Source: Eledone cirrhosa
Lineage: Eukaryota
DNA: 64,000 bases
Direction of reading: 5' to 3'
NCBI GenBank assembly: GCA_964016885.1
Contig: OZ024743.1
Span: 176,204,001 to 176,268,000, forward strand
The notes under the pieces are model-generated. The model saw only the letters and a program-made list of their open reading frames with translations. It was not told the origin of the DNA and ran no database searches. How positions within the stretch are numbered: the first letter of the stretch is position 1; every line of letters starts with the position of its first letter. Shown in pieces: positions 42,169-54,710 of the stretch. The translations under genes were made by a program, and so were the position numbers.

Positions 42169-42998
42169 CTAGCTGACGTACCCAGCTTCGCCCGGGTAAA
42201 CAGATGATAAGGAAGACAGGTAAAATAGAAAATGACTGTATTGGATGTTTGTCTGGTTACAGTATGAGGTGTGTAGGTGGTGTCTGTGTGATACAAAAAA
42301 CAGTTAAAAAAATCTTCCATATATACCAGATTCTTCGTTGAACCGTTTGTGCATAGTTTATGAACAATTCTAGGTGCTCCCACATAGAATAGTGACCTCT
42401 AGGAGATGGTTCATCTTCTGCCTGACTATAAAACGTGTATCATTGCATAGACGTGGTTGTTCCACGTTTCTCAAAAGGATGATGGAAGTTCCAATCTTTT
42501 ATATTATATGCAGATATAGATAATTAATGTAAAAGATGATGCTCAGCCAGTTCGTCTTCAACCATCGTAGCACGCCGTCGCTGCTTGGCTCCAGTGTTTC
42601 GTTGGCGTTGTTCAGCCTGCTCCTCTTCATTCATGGCGGCACGTCTTCTCGTCTGAAGTTCGGCGTTCCGATGGTGCTGTTCGGCTCGTTTCTCTTCATT
42701 CCTGGCTGCACGCCGTCGCCGCTGTAGTTCACTGTTTGATAAAGTCGAATTGCTTTCTGTGGAACGCTGCACACACGCACACACACATAAACATACACGC
42801 GCACACATGGTAATAGTTACAGCGATCACTTTGCCTCTCTGTTTCTTACTCTCCCCTCTCACTCCTTCATTGGCATTATACATATTAATTTAAGTTTGGC
42901 GTCGTTGAGGTGGGCGGAGTGGTTTGAAACCTATGAACCAATGATAATCGAGAATTATGACATACGGAATACTGACATTGTTGAAATTAATATATAGA
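42169..42998 (-). mobile_element. Internally deleted Helitron
   Basis: Minus strand: A|TCTATATAT 5' end; 3' hairpin CCCGGGCGAAGCTGGG then CTAG|T; remnants of R/E-rich N-terminal repeats (ORF 42524..42883) and Pif1 helicase motifs RNVEQPRLCNDTRFIV, FYVGAPR, TKNLVYME. Confidence 0.85.
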
Positions 42999-43023
42999 TA
43001 TATATATATATATACACACACGC

Positions 43024-43064
<41 letters not shown>

Positions 43065-43321
43065 TACATACGAGGGTGTGAGAAGCATCTTAGACAATTT
43101 CCGCCCCCTTCTCAGCAAATCTAAAACATTATGCCAATATAATCAATAATCCAATACAAACACAGAAGATGTAATATCACCTGGCGTTTATGTGTATTAT
43201 GCTTCACTACGTCTGTCGGAGAAGCTGCAGATTTTACTGGAAAATATTGCTTAAGTTTTTCATCTTTTCTATTTCTTTTCCTCCTGAGATATATGTTCTT
43301 TCGCCTCACTGCACATTCCAC

Positions 43322-43389
<68 letters not shown>

Positions 43390-43740
43390 TCTCACTCTCT
43401 CTCTCTCATACCTCGTTATTTCTCCCTCCCTATCCTTCTGGCCTCTGTCTTTAGTTTTTATTTTCACTCTATCTCTCATCCTCTCGTTCTGTTTCCCTCT
43501 GACCACACATAGCTCCCCCTCTTGCTTCTTTCTCCTCTCTCTTCTCTAATCGCTTTCTCTTTGCTTCTATTTATCTTTCTCGCTCTCTTCACCTTGAAAT
43601 ATTTTGGAATATTATCAATATTTCCTTCTTCTTCTTCTTCTTCTTCTTCTTCTTCTTCTTCTTCTTCTTCTTCTTCTTCTTCTTCTTCTTCTTCTTCTTC
43701 TTCTTCTTCTTCTTCTTCTTCTTCTTCTTCTTCTTGTTGC

Positions 43741-43774
<34 letters not shown>

Positions 43775-43776
43775 AT

Positions 43777-46472
43777 TACTCTTTGAGTCTCAGTCATTGA
43801 TGTTAGTTAACAGGAAAGTTTGTTGAGATGAATATCAAGCCACTACCTGCAGCCTCAGATATTCAGGACGTATCGGAGGGTTCTTGCTGTTCCCAGCAAG
43901 CATGCCTTTTGAAGCGTTCCAAAAAGCGTGAAGGGGCCAATTTTCTATAACCATCCCTGGAAACTTTTTGAGATAGTCCCTAGTGCGCCTATGACAATCG
44001 GGATCACTTTGACTTCATCGCAGTTCCAAATCCTTTTTACCTCCCACTTTAAGTCCTGGTATCGGTTAATTTTCTCCCTCTCCTTCTCTTGCACTCTCGT
44101 GTCGAATGGGCAGGCCACATCCACAATCAGGCACGATCTTTTTTTTTTGTCCAAAACCACCAGGTCAGGTCTATTGTGTTCCAGTTTCTTGTCCGTCTGT
44201 ATCCTAAAATCCTACAGCTCAATTTACCCCTCTTCATCACAAGGACTCCACACTTACTAATACCAAATTGCATACATATATCATTGCTGAAAATACGGAC
44301 AGTGTCAACAAGCACATCCAACTCCTTCTCACTCTTCCCGAAGAGCTTAAGATCGTCCATGAAGAGGAGGTGATTGATGGTAAGCTCTCCCTTTCCCAAC
44401 TTGTATCCTGCTCTCACCTTTCGCAGTATAATGGTCAGGGTCATCAGTGCAAGGACAAACAACAGAGGGGACAGACTATCTCCCTGGAAGATACCTCTCT
44501 TGATCTTCACGCCTCCCAAGGATTCTCCAGCCGATGTTAACTCTGTTTTCCAGGACTTCATACTTTTGCCCAACAACTGTCTGATGTTATCTGCCACCTT
44601 GAAGATCTCCAGGCTTTTGGTGATCCAAGAATGAGGCACCATGTCAAATGCCTTTTTGTAGTCTATCCATCCCAAGGCAAGACCAGTGTGTCTCCTCTTG
44701 CAATTCCTCATTACCATCTTATCAATAAGTAACTGGTCCTTTGTACCACGTGACTTCTTTCGGCATCCTTTCTGTTCGTCCGGTAACAAGTTGTTTGTGT
44801 GGAGGTGATGGTAGATTTCCTCAGACATAATGCTTGTCAACAGTTTCCACATTACGGACAGACATGTGATAGGTCTATAGTTGGTAACATCATTACCCTT
44901 GATTCGGTCTTTCATTATCAGAACTGTGGAACCTTTTGTCAACCACTCTGGTACCTCACCTGACATCAAGCAGTCATTGAACATGGTTGTCAGTTTCGGG
45001 TGGAGGGATGTTATGTTTTTAATCCAATACCCGTGCACACCATCTGGGCCAGGTGATTTCCAGTTGGTTAGTTTTTTGCCTGCCCCTTAAGAGTTTCAAC
45101 TGTGATACTCAAATCAGTTTGTTGGTGTGCCTGTTCACTGATCTCCTTCTGTACTGTCTCAATCCACACTGCCTGGTCATTATGTTTAACATCCTGCTCC
45201 CATATTCCTCTCCAGAATGTTTTAGTTTGTTCCGCCTCAGGGATCAAGTCGTTGCCTCTTTCTTTCCCTTCAAGCTGTCCAAACAGCATCTTCTGGTTGT
45301 TGTCGAACATGCGGTTCTGTCTATACTGGCTGACTCTGTTCTCGTATCGCCTGATTTTTGCACTCTTTGCTACAATGCGTTGCTTCAGTTCCTCTATGAT
45401 AATATTTAGCTTTTTCCTCCTAGTTTTGTACTTTATTTCCAGTCTATTTTTAGTGTCTATGTTTTTTAGTGTCCCATTCATTAGGGACTCAAGCTTTCCA
45501 ATGTCATTTCTCATTTCCCTGATTTGACCACTCAGTTGTTTCTTCCACCAAGGCTCTGCTATTTCTTATCTGTTGTTTCCTCTCGCTTTTATACCAAGTA
45601 GTTTCCTCACCGTATTTGCTGTTGCTTTGAGGATATTGTTGCACTGGTGAAGGCTCCTCGCCTCAAGGTATGGGATGACTTTGTTTACCTTAGCTGTTGT
45701 TTCTTTTAACTTTTTCCTGTCTACAAATCTTAGGTTCATAGGTCTCCCACTATCATTGTTCAATTCATCTACCACTAAGTTTAGGATATCTACCAAATCT
45801 TGTCCTAGCCCGTCAGCATTCATCTCCTCAGTGGCCGTATCTATGTTCCAGGTATTATTAATCTCAGCGTTCAGATCATTGTCTCTTTCGGGTGGTTCCT
45901 CCGTTCTCTCGACCTCTTCACCTTCATTCCCCACTGGCTCGTTTGCCTGGCATACTCCACCCTCCATCTCCAAGCTAATCTCTCTGCCCAGTTCCTCCAG
46001 TTCCAGCTCGCTTCTCCACCCATTAGTTCTTATTACCCGAGCCTGCCCGGCCAGTTTTTGTTCATCTAATTTAAATGGACCAATCTCGTTCCAGATGCTA
46101 TGCATCCTTTTCCTATAGCCTTTCTCCTTGGGGTTAATCTTCAGGTAACATTGCATAACAGTTCTATTCAATTCTTTCGTCCAGTTGGTTCTGGTCCCTT
46201 TCCTTCTTCTTCCTCCGACACCAGCAGTATTTGGTTGACAGCCAGGTCCCTGCTGCTGAGCCAGGGAGCACCTGTTGGGTGAGAGTCTGTCACATGACAT
46301 TCTAGTCTCCATTTCACCGTTATTCGAACTGTTTAGGTTCGACATTTAAACACTCTTATCGAGGATTGGCGAATGTATGGTTACATAACCACCGGTGAAT
46401 TACTTGTCTCCGGTGGTTTCGTCACTCCACGTGACTTTTGTGTGGCGTTATCACGCTGTAGACGAACCCAAA
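43777..46472 (-). mobile_element. R4/Dong-clade non-LTR retrotransposon with internal deletion
   Basis: N-terminal ORF 45566..46345; RT YRPITCL, EQKGC, WIDYKKAFD, GIFQGDSLSPLLF, HLLFMDD; RLE C-terminus (IVDVACPFD...EKINRYQDL) fused at ~44212; 3' end in TTA/TTG/TTC repeat. Confidence 0.9.
44127..46345 (-). pseudogene. Dong/R4 ORF (N-terminus + RT), broken by a stop (~45567), a frameshift (~45085) and a deletion
   Basis: Consecutive ORF pieces 45566..46345, 45068..45514, 44127..45038. Confidence 0.85.
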
Positions 46473-46666
46473 TAAACAAACAAACAAACAGGCAGAAAAA
46501 AAACCAAAAATGAATAAGCATAAGTTTCATTGTAATGTAGTGTTTGAATGTCTGACTTAGTTTTTCCCTTCCCTTCGCTGTCCGTCCGTTTGTTTTTCTC
46601 TTCATTTTTATTTCCTTTACGTTTTTCGTTGTTGCTGTGCTGCTTTGATTTTGATTTTTTTTTTTT

Positions 46667-47520
46667 GACCGGGTCATCAATTTATATATTTTGATGCCTT
46701 CCTCTTTTAGTGAGAATTCTACAATGTAGCAGGGGCTAGCGGGAGAGAATAGCGGCGGTAGTGACAATGAGGCAGCGGCGGCGGCGGCGATGGCGGTGCT
46801 GTGCCAGCAGCAACCATCAGGAGGTAGTGGGAGAGAATAGCGGCGGTAGCGATAATGAGGCAGCGGCGGTGGCGATGTGGTCGTATTACTGTAGCGATGG
46901 TGTTGAAGATGGAGTAGAAATTTGAGTCGACTTGACCAGAGTTTTCATCGTGGCAGTGGTGGTGACACTGGTGGTGAAATTATCTTTAGTGAAATTATCA
47001 TTAGTCGCGTATATGTGTTGACATAAATTCCATAATATTGGAATTAAACATTTTGTTAAAACTAAAACTTGATTTTTATTTTATTTATTTATTTATTTTT
47101 TAAATTTTGACCAGGTCATCAATGCAGTCTATTTATATATTTTGATGTTTTCCTCTTTTAGTGGGAATTCTACAATGTAGCAGGGGGTAGCGGGAGAGAA
47201 TAGCGGTGGTAGTGATATTGAGGCAGCGGCGGCGGTGGTGGTGGCGGTGCTGTGCTAGCAGCAACTAGCAGAGGTAGTGGGAGAGAATAGCGGCGGTAGC
47301 GATAGTGAGGCAGCGGTGGTGGTGATGTGGTCGTATTACTGTAGTGATGGTGTTGAAGTTGGAGTAGAAATTTGAGTCGACTTGACCAGAGTTTGCATCG
47401 TGGTAGTGTGGTGGTATTGGTGGTGAAATTATCTTTAGTGAAATTATCGTTAGTCGCGTATATGTGTTGACATAAATTCCATAATATTGGAATTAAACAT
47501 TTTGTTAAAACTAAAACTTG
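46667..47520. repeat. Tandem duplication, ~445-bp period, with GGC/GGT-rich internal repeats
   Basis: 46667-47071 is similar to 47110-47520. Confidence 0.85.
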
Positions 47521-48226
47521 AGGCAATAGTAATAGTAATTATTATTATTATGCTGAGATTGGTGGTGGTGGTGGTGAAATTGCCGTTATCGGGCTGTTGT
47601 GTTTAGTGTACACAGAGGGGTGATGGGGTAGGTGGTGTATCTAGTTTATGATGTTGGTGAAATTGCTGTTATTTGGCTGTTCTATATAGTGTAGACAGAG
47701 GGGGTTTCCTTCCATTTATAACCATTTTCTTTTTTTAATATAAAATGTATAATACAAAATTGAATATTTGAGCGATATAACAATATATTGTGGATCCGAA
47801 TTTTTTTGGACTCAAGCTGGATGTTTTATGCAACATTTGTACTAAGAATTGTTATTTCGCAATTGATTTAAATATGTTAAAAAATCAAAACTTACGGGAG
47901 CGATTTCTCGACTTTCTATCCACCATGTGTGTCTTCTTCCCTTATATTTTATCGAGGTTATCTTTGTCTTTCATTTTTCCGAGGTCGATAAAATGTAATA
48001 CCAGTCTTTCCCGACATTATACATTGCTGGCCTTGTGCCTAAATTAGAAATCACGAGCAGAGTTGTTAGAACGTCGGTGTTGCTCCAGATCAATCATGGG
48101 CAACCTGCGGCCCACGGCCCGCTAAGCTTTCTGAATGGCTCGCCTAAGTCACCTAAGTGAAATCTTTCTGATTTATTTACTCAAACTTTTCAGTCGTAAT
48201 TTATCTTTCTATCATTTTTACGATCG

Positions 48227-48292
<66 letters not shown>

Positions 48293-48303
48293 GTTATTGT
48301 TAT

Positions 48304-48544
48304 TCCTTGAATCTCAGTCATTGATGTTGGTTAACTGGAAAGTCCGTTGGATTGAATATCAAGCCACTACCTGCAGCCTCAGATATTCAGGACGTATCGG
48401 AGGGTTCTTGCCGTTCCAAGCAAGCATGCCTTTTGAAGCGTTCCAAAAAGCGTGAAGGGGCCGATTTTCTTTAACCATCCCTGGAAACCTTTGGAGATAG
48501 TCCCCAGTGCGCCTATGACAATCGGGATCACTTTGACTTCGACT

Positions 48545-48548
<4 letters not shown>
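48304..48548 (-). mobile_element. Dong/R4 3' stub within (TTA)n
   Basis: Matches the 3' end of the 43777 copy; (TTA)n on both sides. Confidence 0.85.
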
Positions 48549-48600
<52 letters not shown>

Positions 48601-48613
48601 GTTGTTGTTGTTA

Positions 48614-49682
48614 TTCCTTGAATCTCAGTCATTGATGTTGGTTAACTGGAAAGTCCGTTGGAATGAATATCAAGCCACTACCTGCAGCCTCAGATATTCA
48701 GGACGTATCGGAGGGTTCTTGCTGTTCCCAGCAATCATGCCTTTTGAAGCGTTCCAAAAAGCGTGAAGGGGCCGATTTTCTTTAACCATCCCTGGAAACT
48801 TTTGGAGATAGTCCCCAGTGCGCCTATGACAATCGGGATCACTTTGACTTCATGGCAGTTCCAAATCCTTTTCACCTCCCACTTTAGGTCCTGGTATCGG
48901 TTAATTTTCTCCCTCTCCTTCTCTTGCACTCTCGTGTCGAATGGGCAGGCCACATCCACAATCAGACACGATCTTTTTTCTTTGTCCACAACCACCAGGT
49001 CAGGTCTATTGTGTTCCAGTTTCTTGTCCGTCGGTATCCTAAAATCCCACAGCACCTTCACCTGATCGTTCTCCATCACCGCCTCTGGCCTATGCTCATA
49101 CCATTTCTCAGAATGTGGTAAATTGTTTACTTTGCACAGGTGCCAGTGGATCACCCTGCCCATCACATCATGTCTCCAGCCCTTATAGTGGGTCTGGGCT
49201 AGGTGTTTACACTCGGATACAATGTGAGCCACAGTCTCCTCTCCTTCCACAGATCCTGCACAGTGGGCTAGCCTGCTCCTTGTAAATATGGTGCTTCAAC
49301 CACTTCGTTTTGAGGGCCTGCTCCTGCGCAGCCATTAGCATTCCTTCTGTAGCCTTTTTGAGGTCTCCTCTTCTCAACCAGTTCCATGTCTATGGATCTC
49401 TAAATTCAGTTTTCTCAAAGAAGGTACTATGAAGGGATTTTCCCTGAAGGCTGCTCATTCTCCTTGATGTTATTTCCTCCTTGGACATCCCCTGGCCTAC
49501 TGTCCCCTCCTTCAGTACAGTTCTGAGCATTGGCTCCTTACTATCAGTCACGTATTTGTATAGGTTGTTTTTCTCCATCTGAACACAGTCCTCTATGCTG
49601 ATAAGACCTCTTCCACCCTCAGATCTCCTTAGGTAGAGTCTATCGACATCACTCCTCTTGTGGAACATGTTGTAGATAGTCA
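48614..49682 (-). mobile_element. 5'-truncated Dong/R4 copy (thumb/linker, CCHC, restriction-like endonuclease)
   Basis: RLYL-x-R-x-EGGRGL, ETVAHIVSEC, RHD, LWDF...RPDLVV...DVACP...EK-x-x-RY; (TTA)n on both sides. Confidence 0.9.
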
Positions 49683-49751
<69 letters not shown>

Positions 49752-50179
49752 TTCATCATCATCATCATCAGCAGCAGCAGCATTATCATCAGCATCATGA
49801 TTATCACCCACAACAACATCATTTGTAAGGTTTACTGATTTGTTTGTTGTTCGAAAGTAGAAGACTTAAATTTATTTCTCTCTCTAATCTCATTAAAACA
49901 AAACTAAAACCACTGCAATGAAATAGCAATAACAACTGACAATGAAGTTGTTACTTTGTTACCCGGACAGAATCAATAGCCTGTTGGAAAATAAAAGGGA
50001 GGAGATACCTCATTAGGACGATGAATGACTTCCTGTTAACTACTATGACAAATATCACGTGTTTGCTGTGAAATTTCCTGGGAGAATACAAAAGTAGTCG
50101 TCCATTGCCGCTCTTCCGTTTATAAATACTTTGCGGCATTTTTTCTGAGTCTTTACAATCTTGATTCAAATACCACCGA

Positions 50180-51175
50180 AATCAATTTTACCTTTCATCT
50201 TAAGGGTATCAATAAAATAAAGTACCAGTTAAGTACTGGGGCTCGATGTGATGAATTTATCCCCTACCCTCACAAATTTATGGCCTTGTGCCAAAGTTAT
50301 AAAATAACTGTGTGTGGATGATAAAAGCGGGGAACTGGCAGAACCGTTAGGGCATCGGATAACATGCTTTACAGCATAGAGTTACTGCCCTTTACGTTCT
50401 GAGTTCAAATTCCACCGATGCTAACTTCACCTTTCAAACTTGCTGGGTCGATAAAATAAAGTGCCAGTAACGAACTGGGGCCGATTTAATCGACGTTTTC
50501 CACTCCCTACAAATTTTGGTCTTGTGTCTAAATCGGAAACCGTTATGTGAAAGGAGACGGAGTGGAATGGCAGAGTTGTTAACAGTGTTGGACAACTGCT
50601 TAGATGTGTTTATTCTGACTCCTTATGTACTGGCACTTTGTGTTTTAAGTTCAAATCCCACCGAGGTTATCTTTGTCTTTCATTTTTCCGAGGTCGATAA
50701 AATGTAATACCAGTCTTTCCCGACATTATACATTGCTGGCCTTGTGCCTAAATTAGAAATCACGAGCAGAGTTGTTAGAACGTCGGTGTTGCTCCAGATC
50801 AGTCATGGGCAACCTGCGGCCCACGGCCCGCTAAGCTTTCTGAATGGCTCGCCTAAGTCACCTAAGTGAAATCTTTCTGATTTATTTACTCAAACTTTTC
50901 AGTCGTAATTTATCTTTCTATCATTTTTACGATCGAGGAAAACAACGTGTACGAATCCTGAAGAAACAAATCAAAACAACCTGAGTTACCGCCCTTTTTT
51001 ATGTGGGCACGAATGTAAATCTTTACGTTCTGATTTCGAATCCAACAGAGGTCAACATTGTCTTTCATCCTTCTGGAGTCAATAAAATAAAGTATTAGTC
51101 AAATATTAGGATCGATTTAATATCGATTTTTTCTCTCCTCAAACTGCTAGCCTTGCGCATAAATTAGAAACCATT
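50180..51175 (+). mobile_element. Cluster of SINE copies/fragments
   Basis: Repeated GAGTTCAAAT / GTCGATAAAATAAAGT / GGCCTTGTGCC motifs. Confidence 0.75.
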
Positions 51176-52559
51176 ATTTATTTATTTTTGTTGCATGACA
51201 AGACATATTTTCGGCTGTAGGATCATGCCAGGGTGAAAGGAAAGAAAAGAAGGAAATAGAGTAATTGACTAACACTTTATTTTGTCGACTCCCGAATAAT
51301 CGTTCTTATCATTCTCCGAACAAGGTTGTTACTTTAGTTGTTGTTATTGTTATCATCGTCGTTGCCGTCATTTCTGTTGTTTTTGTAATTCATCCCTAGG
51401 TCATGATGATTCTGTCTTCTCTTCAGATATAGTGTATCAAAGACTACATTATTTAATGTGTCCTTACAGCTAATATTTCAAAATAGTAGGGTGAGATTTG
51501 AAGATGTGGCTGTTGTTTCTAGCAATTTTGAGAACGAATACAGAAGCTCTATCGTTGTCTTGTCCATCATGGTAGTTATTGATATTATTGTTGAGTTTAT
51601 CGTAGTTAAAATATATGAAATATGGTGTATAGATATGAGAGGGATCCTAACACTTCCCTCTTTATTCGTCTTTGGTTTAGTGTCTTTTGTTTAGTACGGT
51701 ATATGTTATGCTATATTATCCTTGTAATGTTTGTCGTATTTTCATAGTTTGAGGGTGGAAATTAACTTAACAGAAAAGATAGAGCACCGTTCTAAATACT
51801 TCATTGCGTCTCCCTATATTTTAATATTAAATTCGCTAAAGTTACTTTGCATTTTGTTCTTCCAAAGTCAAGAATCATATAAGAAAAATAAATAAATAAA
51901 AGACAAGTACTTGAAATATATTGGGGTTGATTTAAACGACTGAGTGTAGGAATCCGCTATAAAGATTGGTCATGCACATTGAAAGAAACCAATATTTTCA
52001 TATTTCAAATTGGTGTTTACATCTGCCTGAAGACACATTTGAATACTAAATATGTTTATAACAACTTTTCAATTGGTTTCTTGTTTGAGCTAACTCCATT
52101 TATCTGACATTGTGGAAACCTTGAAGTGTTGCCATATTTTCTTCAATAAGAGATATTATTCCTTGATCTTACGTGCATGATGGTATTATTGTTGCCAGTG
52201 TTATTTAGTGTTGTTGTAGTTATTATTGCTTCTGTTGCTGTTGCAGTTGTTGTTGCTGTTGTTGTAACTGGTAATGCCATGTCTTTATGTCTGTTTAATT
52301 TAAACTGTAGAAAATGTATGATGGTGATAAAATATTTCTCTAGGCGTCATTGTCAGAGATAAAGTATTCGCCACAAACATGCGTGTGTGTATATACATGT
52401 AGGGTGGCTTTAATGCCATATTGTACGTGAAATATGGTTTCCAACAAAACAATATGTTTTATTACTGAATCATGAAGTATAATTATAGTCGAAATCGGAG
52501 ACTCAATGTTAACTTCAGAAAATGTTTAATATCAAAGCAACTGAATGAAAACTGAATAA

Positions 52560-54293
52560 TAGTAAAGTGGTTGTCATTAACTGATGAAAAACAGAAGAAT
52601 TTCAATAATATAAAGACATTCTACAGTGATAATTCACTTCGAAATGTTTATGGAGTTTTAAATGGTATTTTTATTATTTTCAGTAGAACTGGTCACTTGG
52701 AAACACATTCATCGCGTGCAAAGACAAACTATAAAGTGAAATAACGAAATGGTATTTCGAATAGAATGAACTCTTCTGGTGTTGTGAATGTAATACATTT
52801 GGAAATATCTTAAAACAGACATTTATTGCAGTGTAAAGTTCTTGGAAACAGGGTTTCCTGTTGTAATACGAGGGCGAAAGAAATGCAATCCTACATGTAG
52901 GATTAGAGATTGAGATGTGTTGCGACAGGGGCACGGAACCAACGCTGACTTACCTGGAGGTTTCTGAGAGGGTAAGTCAATGCTGGCTTCGCGCCCATGG
53001 AGCCATAACCTTCATGTGAAATGCCCATCAGCTAACTTCAATACACGAACGACCTTGTGGAAACGCATATATGTGATATGGAAAATGGAAAGCGGTTTTA
53101 GCCGAGATAGAAAAACATTTTTTATCTCATAACCTTCATGCCAATTAGCCTTAAGCTAATTTGAATACCATTTAATTTTGTGGAAACGAGTGCATATTTT
53201 ATGGAGAACGAAACATGTTATGGAGAACGAAAGATATTATGGTGGCCAAAACAAAACGAAGGAAGTACAGATGTGTTATGAAAGCTTGTCTGTATATTGT
53301 ACACCTATGAGGGTTTGAATATCTAACCAATGTATAACATGGATGATAACATTTTTATTTATTAAATCTTACCAACAACCTTATACAAGGCACTTTTCCT
53401 ACCTTACTTAGTCAAGCATAATTCCAACGAAATTTGATAAAATTTCCGACATGAGCATTTAAACAAATGATGCGGTATTTGATGAACCAACCTTTAAGAT
53501 TCTGCTATAAAAGAGCAGTGTTTCCCCTTTACCAGTCTGTTACTATTCACGACACTTATAAGAAATGTTTGTCTTGTGTATAATACAGTTTATTGTGTAA
53601 CATAAACAGTCGTATATTAATTGAACATAAACATCCTTAAGAATAACTTCAAGGAAAATCTAGCATAACATGTGCGAATAATGATACAGAAATTGTCAAT
53701 ATGAAAATAGTTTCCTCACTGGAATCTCTAGATGTCATTCTGTAATCCTGACATTTTCTCCAAGTTAAGAATTCGGTAACTATAGTGTCACAGTAATAGG
53801 TAAATTAAATTATTTTGCAGTCGATAAACACTACGAATCACTATAAACCATTGCTGTGTCAACTCGATGGGTTTGAGGTTATTTGTATCTTTCAAACGGT
53901 GCTGCGTTGAGTCCATGTTAAAAGACACTGACTTCTTAACAAACAAGTCTATTTTTCATCTTTCTTTCCTTCAGCCACAAACCGGTGATCGCTATAATAT
54001 AATAGCTACTTTTAATCTGCTTAGAACTGTGGAAACAGCAGGCAAGTATCACAGCCTTTCAGAGGTTTTGTGGTTTAGAAACGGATTAGCTAAGAAGTGC
54101 TTTTCTCTCATTATTCCTTGGCGGACACCCGTAATCGATTACGACTTCATGTTAGAATTTAAAAAAAATTGTTATAATTAAACAACGGAGAATCTCCATT
54201 AACGATATTTCACTCTTTCATGAACATGTAGAACAAATGCACTGGTAAAACCACTACACCCGCTACAGATATTGTTGGCGTCAAATAATGTAA
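52560..54293 (+). pseudogene. Probable decayed LRR + TIR (Toll-like receptor-like) pseudogene
   Basis: Manual translation of frame-broken pieces: KNFNNIKTFYSDNSL, NELFWCCEC, LSVYCT, LNLTNNLIQ (53362), SITCANN, TGDRYNII, NSRQV, KKIVII...QMHW*...YCWRQI (54162-54293); many stops and frameshifts. Confidence 0.5.
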
Positions 54294-54529
54294 TGAATTA
54301 TGTCTATTAATTTGCGAACAAAATTCTCTGTCTTGAAAAACCAACAAAATGAGCACAACTGCTGCTACCATCATGTCATTCTGAGATTAGAGAAATAAAT
54401 TAGATAGAAATCTGACAGACACCAGCTGCTCTTTGACAGTTGAACATTTTAAGAACTGAACACAAACACTCAGAACAAGGAAGACATAGTTGAGAATGTC
54501 ACATGGCAAAAATATGTAATCAACTTAAA

Positions 54530-54710
54530 TAATTGTTTCTACTTTTGGCACAAGGCCAGCAATTACCCAGTGCATTACTGGTACTTTATTTTATCGACCC
54601 CATAAGGATGAAAGGCAAAGTGAACCTCGGCGGGATTTGAACTCAGACCGTAGAGAGACGTAACTATGCTGGAAAGCATGGCGTCCGACACTCTACCGAT
54701 ACTGCCAATC
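54530..54710 (-). mobile_element. tRNA-derived SINE (same family, reverse strand)
   Basis: Reverse complement of the 15180 copy. Confidence 0.85.

Noticed and set aside
46375-46472. Structured Dong 5' end (hairpin-GAAA-hairpin) as a possible ribozyme
   Set aside because: Lacks CTGANGA, and I could not build a convincing HDV-like double pseudoknot by eye; needs an Infernal/RNArobo search
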